A stretch of DNA of 63,849 nucleotides, filler included, from Octopus bimaculoides (GCF_001194135.2; 7 parts of 6 records of this genome joined end to end with filler, not necessarily neighbours in it), one strand, 5' to 3'. Positions 1 through 13,950 are shown, counted from the whole stretch's first letter. Notes: generated by a model not told the origin, from the letters alone. Numbers and translations: made by a program.

Positions 1-295
1 TGTAAGATTTAGAAATAAAGGAAAATACAGATATGTAAAGACAAACAGAGGGGAGGAGAGAGAGAGAGAGTGAGACAGTATCAGAGAGAGAGAGAATGAG
101 AGAATATGTGAGTGAGTGAGTGAGTGAGTGTGTGAGTGAGGGTGTGATAATGAGGTGAGAGGGAGAGGGAACGATGGAGACCGAGTGAGATGAAGAGGAG
201 GAGCAGCAGCGAGGGGAGATGGGATGGGGGGAGGGGGACAGATAGTAAAGACCGCCTTCCCTTCGTTATACACACACACACACACATACATAATC

Positions 296-340
<45 letters not shown>

Positions 341-541
341 TGCGATTTCATATTTTGTTTGCATAGTTTTGGTTTACTTGTCTTTGTTTTGCTTTTTACT
401 TCTTCCCAATTCAACCACCGACTAACTTCTTCAGACATACACACACATAATACATATATATATGTATTATGTATGTATGTATGTGTGTATACATATAGAT
501 ACAGACGTGTATGTATGCATACATTGGTATGTATGTGTGCG

Positions 542-574
<33 letters not shown>

Positions 575-1197
575 TATATATGTATGTATTATGTGTATAT
601 ACGTATATATACATATATCCCGACACATGTATAAATACACCCACACATAGAGTCTGTTCACCTAACCCTAACCCCCGTCCCGACACACGCTACACTCTGT
701 CTGTCTGTCTGTCTGTCTGTCCCTGTCTGTCTGTCTCTCTCTCTTTCTTTCTCCCCCTTCTCTCTCTCTCTCTATTCTTTCCGTCTCTTTCCCGTCATCT
801 CATATTCTAGCACTCTTTTACTACTTCCTATCCGCCACCTCCACTCTAACTGCTATGCAAACACACACACACACACACATACACACACACACACGACCCC
901 CCCCCCCAAAACACATGTTATCACTCTCTATATCTCCCTCTCTATCTACACAGTCTTCACACTATCTTTATATATATATGTATATGTATGAATTTGCTTT
1001 CATGTTGCATCTGTTTATGTCTCTTTGGCTGTGTATATATGTGTGTGTATGTATCTATGTATCTGTGTATGTGTAAATAAGTTTTTGCGTGTTTGTGACT
1101 TCTGTGTAGTTCTCCTTATCGTCTAGCTCTTTCTCTTTCTCTTTCTCACTTTATACATCGCTTTCTATCCTCACCCCACTCTCTCCACACCTCATCA

Positions 1198-1268
<71 letters not shown>

Positions 1269-1417
1269 CTCACTCTCACTCTGCCATTATCTCCCCCCTC
1301 TCTCAATCTATCTGTCTGTCTATTTATCTATCTGTCTATATATTTATATATCTCTATATCTCTCTATCTCTCGATCCATTTATAATTCTAACTGTCTGTC
1401 TATCTATTCATCTATCC

Positions 1418-1459
<42 letters not shown>

Positions 1460-1575
1460 GTATACACATCTGACTGCTTGTCTTTCTGTTTGTCTGTCTC
1501 CCTCTCAGTCCTGTCCTATTCCTGCATCATCCACTCTATCATTTTACATCTGCCTACCACTCTTTCTTTATCTCC

Positions 1576-1612
<37 letters not shown>

Positions 1613-2811
1613 ACGCATATGTATACACTTATTCTCTCCGTCCCTAAACAGACAGATACTTATAACATACATTACATAGAACATACAATATACACACACA
1701 CACACACACATATACATATATATATATATGTGTGTGTGTGTGTATACAGTGTCTGTCTTTATCTCTATCTGTATGTCATAAGCCCCCCCCCCGTTTCACT
1801 CCCTTCCTCCCTCTCTGTCTTCTTTCCACCCATCTGTCCTCCGTAGCTATCTCCCTATCAGTCTCACACTCAGTCTCTTTCCCTCTCTCTTCTTTCTCTC
1901 TCTCTTTCTGTTAACTTTGTCCCCCCTTCGTTTCTTCTCATTCTTTCTCCTCTCAATGTAACTCACTCACTCCTTACCTCACTCACTCACTCGCTAACCC
2001 TCCTCTTTCTACGTTCTTGTCCTCCCCGTGCCACAGACGGACACACGGACATAAACCCTCTCAACACAACCAGCCAACGAGCGATTATGTTATATACAAA
2101 GACAGCGTCCTAAACACTTACACACACATACACATACACCCACACACACACTCACTCATACACACACACCTACACATTCATATACAAACGCACACATACA
2201 CACACACTTCATACAGAGACACGCATACACAACAGAAAGAGAGAGGCACGACAGCCAGTGTCTCCATACAGCGTATGTGTATCTATCAGCATAGATATAT
2301 CTTTATGAATGTGTTTATACGTATAAGTATATGTGTGTGTAAAGTCAGTGTCTAACATAAATATGTGCGCACGCACACACACACGCACGCATACACATAC
2401 GCACACACACGCAGAGGGCCTCACTTAATCTCAGACTGTATCTGTATGCGTGTGTTGCTTTTTTTTACTTTTTTCTTTTCGTCTTTCTCTTCTTCTTTCT
2501 CGTCTTCTCTTCTTCTTTTTCTACCACTTCTACTACTTCTTCGTCTTCTTTCTCCTTCCTCATCTTCTTTTTCACACGCTGACACAGACACAGATACTCA
2601 GAGATACAGTCACGCACACACACAGTCACACATATACAGTCACACACATACACAGACACATATACAGCGATTCAACCAAAAGACACATTTTCTCTGCCAG
2701 TATCTCTCGGTGAGACGACGAGGTAAGTTCGATGTTATTTTCTCGACTTGTCATGCGTTGCATCTGTCACACACACACATACACACACACACACACACAT
2801 ATACACACACG

Positions 2812-2853
<42 letters not shown>

Positions 2854-3067
2854 TACACAGATACACATGTGCACACGCACACACACACACACACGAAGTA
2901 ATACAAACAGTTTAATTATGCATTTTTGCACATATAAACACACAATATTCCACTCATTTGTATACATATATACGTATGCATATATATACATATATACATA
3001 CATATATATATATACATATATATATATATAGATATATATATATATATACATATATATACATATATAT

Positions 3068-3107
<40 letters not shown>

Positions 3108-3534
3108 NNNNNNNNNNNNNNNNNNNNNNNNNNNNNNNNNNNNNNNNNNNNNNNNNNNNNNNNNNNNNNNNNNNNNNNNNNNNNNNNNNNNNNNNNNNNN
3201 NNNNNNNNNNNNNNNNNNNNNNNNNNNNNNNNNNNNNNNNNNNNNNNNNNNNNNNNNNNNNNNNNNNNNNNNNNNNNNNNNNNNNNNNNNNNNNNNNNNN
3301 NNNNNNNNNNNNNNNNNNNNNNNNNNNNNNNNNNNNNNNNNNNNNNNNNNNNAAACATATATGGATATATGTACATATACACACACACAAGTAGACACAA
3401 ACATATAGTCATATATATACGTAGATATACATTTATATTTGTTTGTAAAGTTGGGAGACCCGAATGTTTGTTTGTGTATCTCTATACATGTGCACAAACA
3501 AATATATACTAATTACAACAAAAAAATAATGTAC

Positions 3535-3569
<35 letters not shown>

Positions 3570-3775
3570 ATTGTGTGTGCGTGTATGTGTATGTGTGTGT
3601 GTCTGTTTGTGTGAGTTCATATGCAATGATTAAGCATTTGAAAATATATAAATAGACATACGTGTATATACTCATGTCATTACGTACAAAAAGTTAAAGT
3701 TGCTCTCGATTGTTGAGTGTTTTATTTTATCTATATATCTATCTATCAGTCTGTCTACCTATCTATCTATATATA

Positions 3776-3812
<37 letters not shown>

Positions 3813-3958
3813 ATTTATCTAAATGTCTGTCTATCTATCTGTATGTCTAGCTATCTAACTCTCTAGATATCTGTCTGTTTATATCTGTTTATATTTTCTT
3901 TATCGTTGTCTATGTCTGACTTTAGAAATCTATCTCTCTATCTCTCTTTCACTGTATA

Positions 3959-4029
<71 letters not shown>

Positions 4030-5163
4030 ATATTTACATGTGTATGTTCATGTATAATTACACATACGGAAACAAACGCCTTGGTACGTATTTGTCTGTA
4101 TAACTATTTATCTTACTGTTTATTTGTTTATCTATTTCTTTGAAACGTTTGACTTTATATCTATCGATCTGTTTGCATGATTAGTTACTCATTTATCAAT
4201 TGGTTTTATATGTCTAATTGCCTTTCAACGCTATCTTCCACTAATTAACTTTCCCTTTGTGTGTGTGTCCATATATCTATCTATATGTATATTATGTATA
4301 TATATATATATATATATATATNNNNNNNNNNNNNNNNNNNNNNNNNNNNNNNNNNNNNNNNNNNNNNNNNNNNNNNNNNNNNNNNNNNNNNNNNNNNNNN
4401 NNNNNNNNNNNNNNNNNNNNNNNNNNNNNNNNNNNNNNNNNNNNNNNNNNNNNNNNNNNNNNNNNNNNNNNNNNNNNNNNNNNNNNNNNNNNNNNNNNNN
4501 NNNNNNNNNNNNNNNNNNNNNNNNNNNNNNNNNNNNNNNNNNNNNNNNNNNNNNNNNNNNNNNNNNNNNNNNNNNNNNNNNNNNNNNNNNNNNNNNNNNN
4601 NNNNNNNNNNNNNNNNNNNNNNNNNNNNNNNNNNNNNNNNNNNNNNNNNNNNNNNNNNNNNNNNNNNNNNNNNNNNNNNNNNNNNNNNNNNNNNNNNNNN
4701 NNNNNNNNNNNNNNNNNNNNNNNNNNNNNNNNNNNNNNNNNNNNNNNNNNNNNNNNNNNNNNNNNNNNNNNNNNNNNNNNNNNNNNNNNNNNNNNNNNNN
4801 NNNNNNNNNNNNNNNNNNNNNNNNNNNNNNNNNNNNNNNNNNNNNNNNNNNNNNNNNNNNNNNNNNNNNNNNNNNNNNNNNNNNNNNNNNNNNNNNNNNN
4901 NNNNNNNNNNNNNNNNNNNNNNNNNNNNNNNNNNNNNNNNNNNNNNNNNNNNNNNNNNNNNNNNNNNNNNNNNNNNNNNNNNNNNNNNNNNNNNNNNNNN
5001 NNNNNNNNNNNNNNNNNNNNNNNNNNNNNNNNNNNNNNNNNNNNNNNNNNNNNNNNNNNNNNNNNNNNNNNNNNNNNNNNNNNNNNNNNNNNNNNNNNNN
5101 NNNNNNNNNNNNNNNNNNNNNNNNNNNNNNNNNNNNNNNNNNNNNNNNNNNNNNNNNNNNNNN

Positions 5164-5195
<32 letters not shown>

Positions 5196-6252
5196 TATGT
5201 ATATATGTATAAATATATATAATATATACATATGTGTGTATATGTATATATACAAATATATATATATATATATGTGGGTGTGTGTGACTGTGTGTATATA
5301 TACACATATATATATGAGCACACACGCACAACCACCTTGTGAGAATTCTTAATTTCGCACCGATACATATTGTCAGAATTAAGTGGTTGGTTGCGGTGCT
5401 GGTGGTGGTGCTGGTGGTGGCGTGGGAAGGAAAGGCGAGTGCGTGAGTGAGCGAGGTTGGAAGAAAGGCGGAGAACGGGGAGAGGATCTACAAAGAGGGG
5501 GTGGGTGTGGGATAAAGAACTGAACGTAGCGAGCAGTGGCGGAAGGAGGGTGTGCGTGGGGTGAGACGTACTTTGGTACTCAACTTTTATCCCTGTGTTG
5601 GACGCTTATCCAATATTTGGCAACATCGCCTTCGAAAACAGAAAACTTTCTTTAATGAAAATAAAATGATTGTCTGTGCGTGCGTGGGACGTTTTAAGAC
5701 ATTTTGGTAGAATATGGTACATTTATGCTTGGATCATAGGTACCCCTTATTCAGGACCAGCTTAGGGTATATCGTTGCAGTAATAAATAACACAGATACC
5801 CGCTTACGTCTGCTCTAATTCTTTAGTCACACAAACTTTAGAAACTAATTCATTTTGGTTGAAGAGTTTCACGAGTAAAAGAAGAATGAATCCTAAATTC
5901 TTCAGTTAGGATTCCAACTTACTCTTCTTGTGGAACTACGGAACTCATGCATTCCTTCTTCATGTCATTAATTACAACAACCCTCCATTCACACACACAT
6001 GCATGTGCGTGTGTAGATATACACACACATATATATATATATACATGCACATACATATATATGTATATATGTGTGTCTATGTATATATTTCTATGAATGC
6101 ATATTTATATATATACACATATACACATGTACATACATATACATCCATATATAAATATACATACTTATACGTATACATTCATCTATATATGTGTGTGTGT
6201 ATTAATGCATGTATGTAGATATGCGTATATATGTATTAATGCACGCGTATTA

Positions 6253-6298
<46 letters not shown>

Positions 6299-7644
6299 AT
6301 ACATGCATGCATACATACATACATACATTCATACATACGTATATAAACATATATTTATTACAAAGAATCATACTCGTATGATTATCACCATGATGACGGC
6401 GTGATTAAATCTGATGTAATTAGTAAATATTCATCAAACTTAACAAGTGATTATTAATTTTCTTATTTTGATAAATACTTTGGACAAGTTTCTCCACTCC
6501 ACTTCGTCTCACAAATTTTCTTTCTCTCTTCACACACGAAAATACAATATAATATAATATGAAATAATATATTGTATGATAAAATATATAAACACACATA
6601 CACACACACATTGTATGTATATATATTGTATGTAAGTATATATACGTATGTATATATATATGTGTGTGTGTGTATGTGTGTGTGTGTGTGTGTGTGTGCA
6701 TGTATGTGTGTATGTATGTATGTATGTATAGATGAGAATGTGTACGTGTATAGATAATATATTGTATTATATGCGATGTCGACTTTGCCTTTCATCCTTC
6801 CGGGGTAGATAAAATAAGTACAAGTTGACTACTGGGGTCGATGTAATCGACTTGCATTGGACACCCAAATTTGCTGGCTTTGTGCTAAAAATTTACCTAT
6901 ATTATATAATAGTATAATGTCGTATCTTATTATATATATATAGGCGTAGGAGTGGCTGTGTGGTAAGAAGCTCGCTTCCCGACCACATGGTTCGGGGGTT
7001 CAGTTCCACTGGGTGGCACCTTGGACAAGTGTCTTCTACTATAGCCTCGGGTCGACCAAAGCCTTGTGAGTGGATTTGGTAGATGGAAACTGAAAAGATG
7101 CCCGTCGAATATATGTATATATATACATATATATATAGATATGTGTGTGTATGTGGAGAGTGTGTGTGCATGTGTGTATGTATATATATGTGTGTCTGTA
7201 TTTGTCCCCCACCCATCCACCATCGTTTGATAACCGATGTTCGTGTGTTTATGTCCTCATAACCTAGCGTTTCGGGGAATGAAGCTGATAGAATAAACAC
7301 TAGGTTAAACAAAAAAACTAAGCGCTGGGGTCGATTTGTTCGACTAAAGGCGGTGCTCCAGCATGGCCGCAGTCAAATGACTGAGATCAAACAAAATAAT
7401 CATAGGATATTATATCACATTATATCATATTATATCATATTATATTATGTTGGGCATTCACTTTTATATTTCTCTGATATCAACAGAGCTGGATAATTTC
7501 GATCGTTGTTTGAGAAAGTTTTACAGTTTCCAAACTTTTCGTTGGTACCTTTTTTTTTGTTAATTATAATGACGCATAACAAACTCCACCTCACAAATAT
7601 TTCTGTCTGTATGTGTCGGTATCTCTGTGTACATGTGACTGTTT

Positions 7645-7687
<43 letters not shown>

Positions 7688-8214
7688 GATAGATAAATAT
7701 ACATATATATATATATANNNNNNNNNNNNNNNNNNNNNNNNNNNNNNNNNNNNNNNNNNNNNNNNNNNNNNNNNNNNNNNNNNNNNNNNNNNNNNNNNNN
7801 NNNNNNNNNNNNNNNNNNNNNNNNNNNNNNNNNNNNNNNNNNNNNNNNNNNNNNNNNNNNNNNNNNNNNNNNNNNNNNNNNNNNNNNNNNNNNNNNNNNN
7901 NNNNNNNNNNNNNNNNNNNNNNNNNNNNNNNNNNNNNNNNNNNNNNNNNNNNNNNNNNNNNNNNNNNNNNNNNNNNNNNNNNNNNNNNNNNNNNNNNNNN
8001 NNNNNNNNNNNNNNNNNNNNNNNNNNNNNNNNNNNNNNNNNNNNNNNNNNNNNNNNNNNNNNNNNNNNNNNNNNNNNNNNNNNNNNNNNNNNNNNNNNNN
8101 NNNNNNNNNNNATATATACGTGCATTTGTATCCCATTATGTGCAGATGTTTGTGTATGTGTTTACATATATACATTTACATTATGTGTGTGTGCATGTAA
8201 ATGTATAAAACAAA

Positions 8215-8261
<47 letters not shown>

Positions 8262-8803
8262 TAGATTCAGCTACATATATGCGTGTGTATATGTACTTGT
8301 CTATATTCATGCGTGTGTTCACATAGTCACACACACACACACACTCTAGTGTTTGTGTGTCTGTGTGTGCGCGTATTCAAGTCGATGTGTGATACGTAAG
8401 AGTCAGGGCGTTAATCACAACACTACGTCTTGTCACCTGGCTCCCTCGCCCAGATTCACTTAGAATCTCTCTCTCCCTCTCTCTCCCCATCTCTCTCTCT
8501 CTGTCTCCCTCAACCCATCCCCTACATTTACACATACACACACGCATACATACATACACATGCATCCAAGGCCTAAGTCCAGCTAGAAATCGGAAATAAA
8601 TGTGGTCCCCATAATCGCAACTGGGTGTCGTAATAGGGGAGGTGGGGCTATAAACCTAGAATATGTAGTTCTTTGAGAGAATATGCATGAAGAATAAACT
8701 GAATTGGCACGGGTGGAATGTCTTTAAGCACATGCATGCTCCATGAGGGTTGATCTCAGCCTATCATGAAGACCCCCCCATCTGTTTTTTTGTTTTCATT
8801 TTG

Positions 8804-8854
<51 letters not shown>

Positions 8855-10850
8855 ACTATCTATACATATATACAAGCATACATATATATATACAAGCACT
8901 CACACACATGCACACGCAGGCACACACACACATTCATACATGGATGAATAGATGAAGAGTTACGCCGATAGATATACACACGCACATGCATACATTCACG
9001 TTTATATGTGTGTGTGTGTGTGTGTGTGTGTGATTGTGTAAGAATATAGTGTATAGATATGTACACATTCACATACACACCCAAACACACACACACAACC
9101 GTACTCTGTCTCACACACATACATACACAGAAACCACTTGACAAAAAACAATTCTGGACCATTTCTTCAAGAGTTCTTCAGACAATCATATTGGTGACAG
9201 TTTTTGTTTAAACTTCTATTTAATATATTGAATTGTATTTATCAAAGCGTTACCATTTTCCGGAACTCTAAACAGAACCTCCACAAGAACCGCATAAAAC
9301 TCTAGTTCTAAGAAAATTTTCACCTGTGCAATTTTTTGATTCCCATTAAACTCGAATGGAACCTCAATGCCATTTGGATGTTTTAAACATGCCATTATAT
9401 TCTTGTAATTAAATATTATTAAGAAATGTATTTCAATAAATGTTAAAATATTCTATGTATTTTAAGAAGTGTTACTAATTTCTTGCTGATAANNNNNNNN
9501 NNNNNNNNNNNNNNNNNNNNNNNNNNNNNNNNNNNNNNNNNNNNNNNNNNNNNNNNNNNNNNNNNNNNNNNNNNNNNNNNNNNNNNNNNNNNNNNNNNNN
9601 NNNNNNNNNNNNNNNNNNNNNNNNNNNNNNNNNNNNNNNNNNNNNNNNNNNACCAGATTCAGAAGGAACCCGCCCCCACAAAGGGTCATACGAACCCCGA
9701 TTCAGAAACAATGTTATAAAAAAAAAATAAAAACAAGAGCATACACACTGTCTCACATACAACATTCATTTACTTGACAGTGTTCTGTAGAGTGTTTATG
9801 AACCACATTCCACATAAATTTATTGGTAAATCTATGGAATGGTCACACACACAGGGTAGAACATGTACCCCCCCACCTTGATACAAAGACAATATCGTTT
9901 CAACAAATATACATATCTGTGTGCGTGTGTGTGTTTGTATGTATGTATGCATATATCTATGCTTATACATGCCCACACATTCACACACGCACACACATAC
10001 ATATATACATACATGCTTGCATACAGACATATATACATGTTTTTATGTTCTCGTTTCCCATTTTGTCTACGTTTTTTTTACATCCTGTAGCCATATATGC
10101 ATGTATATATGCATATATTTATATATCATTTATATTATTATATATGCATGAATATATATATATATATATATATATATANNNNNNNNNNNNNNNNNNNNNN
10201 NNNNNNNNNNNNNNNNNNNNNNNNNNNNNNNNNNNNNNNNNNNNNNNNNNNNNNNNNNNNNNNNNNNNNNNNNNNNNNNNNNNNNNNNNNNNNNNNNNNN
10301 NNNNNNNNNNNNNNNNNNNNNNNNNNNNNNNNNNNNNNNNNNNNNNNNNNNNNNNNNNNNNNNNNNNNNNNNNNNNNNNNNNNNNNNNNNNNNNNNNNNN
10401 NNNNNNNNNNNNNNNNNNNNNNNNNNNNNNNNNNNNNNNNNNNNNNNNNNNNNNNNNNNNNNNNNNNNNNNNNNNNNNNNNNNNNNNNNNNNNNNNNNNN
10501 NNNNNNNNNNNNNNNNNNNNNNNNNNNNNNNNNNNNNNNNNNNNNNNNNNNNNNNNNNNNNNNNNNNNNNNNNNNNNNNNNNNNNNNNNNNNNNNNNNNN
10601 NNNNNNNNNNNNNNNNNNNNNNNNNNNNNNNNNNNNNNNNNNNNNNNNNNNNNNNNNNNNNNNNNNNNNNNNNNNNNNNNNNNNNNNNNNNNNNNNNNNN
10701 NNNNNNNNNNNNNNNNNNNNNNNNNNNNNNNNNNNNNNNNNNNNNNNNNNNNNNNNNNNNNNTATATATGTATATATATATATATATATATACATATATA
10801 TATTATATGAGAGAGAGAGAGAGAGAGAGGGGGAGAGAGAACTAGATTGA

Positions 10851-10886
<36 letters not shown>

Positions 10887-11024
10887 GATCTGGATATGTT
10901 TATGTATATATATATATATATATATATGTAGACAAATAAATCAACTCAAACATGTTTATCTACTTATATATGTGTATGCGTGTATCTACTTATATGTGTG
11001 TATGTATATGTATGTAGATATATA
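1..11024. repeat. Microsatellite-dominated block ((CA)n, (TA)n, (CT)n, (GATA)n) with several N gaps
   Basis: Long dinucleotide runs are directly visible. The [12 protein letters not shown] ORFs in the track are translations of them. Confidence 0.95.
6943..7395 (+). mobile_element. tRNA-derived SINE, family A (head ggcgtaggagtggctgtgtggtaagaagc..., internal CA/TA tract, tail ...ggtgctccagcatggccgcagtcaaatgactga)
   Basis: A/B-box-like head. The same sequence recurs at about 11181-11357(-), 24953-25290(+), 33720-34062(+), 35252-35628(+), 40062-40457(-), 41169-41580(+) and 42743-42905(-). Confidence 0.85.
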
Positions 11025-11124
11025 NNNNNNNNNNNNNNNNNNNNNNNNNNNNNNNNNNNNNNNNNNNNTTAATTAATTAANNNNNNNNNNNNNNNNNNNN
11101 NNNNNNNNNNNNNNNNNNNNNNNN
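11025..11124. other. Artificial assembly spacer N44-TTAATTAATTAA-N44
   Basis: The identical 100-nt structure occurs at 11025-11124, 19083-19182, 39930-40029, 46909-47008, 52938-53037 and 62539-62638. The 12-mer gives stops in all six frames. Confidence 0.95.
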
Positions 11125-11175
<51 letters not shown>

Positions 11176-11435
11176 CGCAGGACGGGCTTCTTTTAGTTTC
11201 TGTCTGCCAAACCCACTCACAAAGCTATGGTCGTTCCGAGGCTATAGTAACTATAATATAGTCGAAGACAGCTGCCCAAGGTGTCATGCAGTGGGCTTGA
11301 ACCCGGAACCATATGGTTGGGAAGCAAAATTCTTACCGCACAACCACGCCTACGCCTATGACTAATTATTTCTAATTTGGGGCTAGGGGCTAGTCGATTA
11401 CATTGACCTCAGTACTCAACTGGCACTTATTTCCT

Positions 11436-12750
11436 AACTCCAGAGGACAAGAAATGCTCGGACAATGCATGATTGCGTGCTGTACGATTTCGTTGCTTTG
11501 CCCGCATCTCGGGCAGTTCTGCTTGGCAGCATTTCCATGCTTATAGAGTTTATCTCGGCATTTCCAAACTCATGGAGCTTATCTGCTCCTCTGTAACAAT
11601 GCCAGGTCAAAGACTTCTGGAAGTTATCTATGATATTCCCAAGTCTGAAAGTCCTTCGAGACACACCACCTTATTCGTCTTCGGTAACGCCTTGAGTTTC
11701 CCAGAGAACATCATCGTTCTTACCACTAGATCGCTATATATTGCTAACGTAGAACTTTGCATTGCCTGAGTGGAAGAGAGCAGTGAGCGACTGGCAGGCG
11801 CCAGGCGCTTAACCCAGGTGTCAGGCACTTAATCTAGGTGCCAGGTGCTTAATCCAGGTGCCAGGTTTCTTCTTGGTTTTCTTCATCGCACGAGCAGTCT
11901 ACTAAACTATTTATTGACTCCCTCCCCTCAATCGCGGTTCTTCCTTCATCAGCGTGGTGCTCCTCTGGAACCCCAATTACCGACCTAGCTTTCGAGTCCA
12001 TCTTTAGATCCAAAAGGCTAACCTCGAACAACTTTTAAAAAACCTTGATGTAATTGAGCCCCACCAAGATTTTTAGGAATACATGTCAATTTCGAAGCTG
12101 TTGTATTTTCCGAGAGTTAGTTCCTCTTACAGATTATTGTCGTCCCTCCAATACTTTGACGACCTAATCTTCACGAAACTCGAATGTAAAACTCTTCCAA
12201 GACTACCGCGACCAAGCTGCTCTGCTAAAATGGTTTGGGGGTCTATGTCTGCGCAAGTGCTCGTCTTTATCACTTTCTTGTTTTCTTTCCTCTATCCACG
12301 CTTGCTTCCCTTTGGTAGTCAACATCCTCACCTCTCCAACATGGACTAATTCCAACAGGGAGATGGGATGAAGCTCTATCATAGTAGCAAGAGGTGGGTT
12401 TGTCAGTTCCGGTTATGGTGGAGGATAGACGGAAACAGAGAGTGTGAGAGAATCTGCGTTCAGGTGCCACTTTCAACTCTCGCCTTGATCAATCTGATCA
12501 ATTTTCAAGGTGTCGCCTACTTTCTGCCAGTGCAAAAATTCTCGGGGACTGGATTGATGCCCTACATGTGGCCGACATTGGAGGTCTGCTCAGTCTAAAT
12601 GAACTCCAGGGATCTGAGATGCCCCTATGGTAAGTCCTCGACCCCACAGATCGTTACGGTCTGTCTTGCCGCCTAAATGCCGATCGCTTCGCTCGTCACA
12701 CCGAGCTAAACCTAATCATTAAACGGGCCCTGGTTCGGATTAATATCTGA
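11436..12750 (+). mobile_element. Internally deleted CRE-clade-like non-LTR retrotransposon remnant
   Basis: Frameshifted translations resemble CRE-type post-RT and cysteine-motif regions: SGTPITDLAFESIF; NLDVIEPHQ..SISKLLYFPR; DQAALLKWFGGLCLRKCSSLSLSCFLSSIHAC; RCRLLSASAKILGDWIDALHVADIG; RYGLSCRLNADRFARHTELNLIIKRAL. Recognised from memory, no search run. Confidence 0.72.
11801..11865 (+). repeat. 20-bp tandem repeat x3.25 (ccaggcgcttaacccaggtg)
   Basis: Units start at 11801, 11821, 11841 and 11861 (partial), with 2-4 mismatches each. Confidence 0.9.
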
Positions 12751-12751
12751 A

Positions 12752-13159
12752 TGATGCTGACCCACTCTGCGTACAACCTCGTTCTACTTCTTGAGTTCTT
12801 GTCCACCTAGAGGTCTGGACAAAACTAGATCCTCCAGCACTTTAACCAGTCCGTCTGTCCAGTGAACTACAATGCTTCCCGACGGCATAAACTTGCCTCT
12901 CTAGGTGCCGAGCCGCCAGTTCACCAACTTGCCCGGATTTATCTTTACTCTTACCATCGACTTGTATTCTGCTAGAATGAAGTCGACTGTTTGCACGTCT
13001 GTGATGTCCAATACCATTATGGTGAAGTCCTCTCTAGCATCCCCGTTTGCACGTCTGTGATGTCCAACACTATTACGGTGACGTCATCTCTAGCATCCCC
13101 GACTGCACGTCTGTGATGTCCAATACCATTACGGTGATGTCATCTCTGGCATACCCGCT
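12752..13159 (-). mobile_element. Tx1/L1-clade-like LINE RT fragment
   Basis: The minus strand reads YA(R)DDITVMVLDITDVQTVDFILAEYKSMVRVKINPGKLVNWRLGT*RG...HWTDGLVKVL, resembling YADD...Y....GAKIN..KS.GL.LG.W....WSDGPV.ILG of Tx1-like RTs. Confidence 0.65.
12992..13159. repeat. 56-bp tandem repeat x3 (tgcacgtctgtgatgtccaataccattayggtgaygtcmtctctagcatccccg..)
   Basis: Units start at 12992, 13048 and 13104, with a few substitutions each. Confidence 0.92.
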
Positions 13160-13731
13160 TATAAAATGAAGTATTTTGGCTCAAGATCACATTGCACTAT
13201 CCACTTTGGAGTCGAAACTACGACCTAACGATTCTGAGTCCTGTGCCTCTAACCACTAGACTATGCGTCATTATTAGTCTGATACACACTGAAACATCGC
13301 TGCTTCTAGATCTGCTCTGCCAAGCCTAGCTAGGGCTAAATACCATCATTACCATCAATAACAGTTTCTTACAGTATCGCCGCTACAAACAAATGAAGGA
13401 GCGAGTATGAGGTCGCCTGAAATAGTAGAAATAGCAGCTAAGCAAACTCTCATAAAATCGCACCCTACCGTCAAACGATACACGCAAAGAAAGGATTGCC
13501 AAGGTTGTACGTCTATGAATCATAGTTCTGTTTGAGGAGGGCTGGTTTACGGTTAAAGTAATAATAACAAGAGTAAACCCCGGAAAGATGAAAAGTTAAT
13601 TCAACTCCTGTGAAATTTGAGCTTCAGTTATAGAGTAATAAAGCAAAATAACAATCTGGCGTTTAACTGTTCATCATTCTCATTATTTAGTAATTTATCT
13701 TTGAACCACAGGGAGAGATATTAATTACTAT

Positions 13732-13950
13732 AATAATCCTTTCTACAATTGGCACAAAGCATGGAATTTATAGGGAGAGGTAGAGTCGATCACATCGACC
13801 CCAGTACTTGCCTGGTACTTAATTTATCGACCCCGAAAGGATGAAAAGCAAAGTCAACCCCGGCGAAATTTGAACTCAGAACGTGAAGACGGACGAAATG
13901 CCGCTAAGTATGTTTCCTGGTGTGCTAACGATTCTGCCTTCTGCCAGCTC
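13732..13950 (-). mobile_element. tRNA-derived SINE, family B (ggcgagctggcagaatcgttagc...ccgccgaggtcgactttgcctttcatcctttcggggtcgat...)
   Basis: Recurs at about 18745-18945(+), 19895-20095(-), 31580-32160(+, three copies), 34380-34530(+), 37908-38100(+) and 59325-59450(+). Confidence 0.85.

Noticed and set aside
81-10845. Dozens of ORFs rich in YI/TH/CV/LS or X
   Set aside because: They are translations of dinucleotide microsatellites and N gaps, with no coding signal.
11801-13159. Short regular repeats as a possible CRISPR-like array
   Set aside because: The 20-bp and 56-bp units are contiguous with no unique spacers, there are no cas genes, and the context is eukaryotic.
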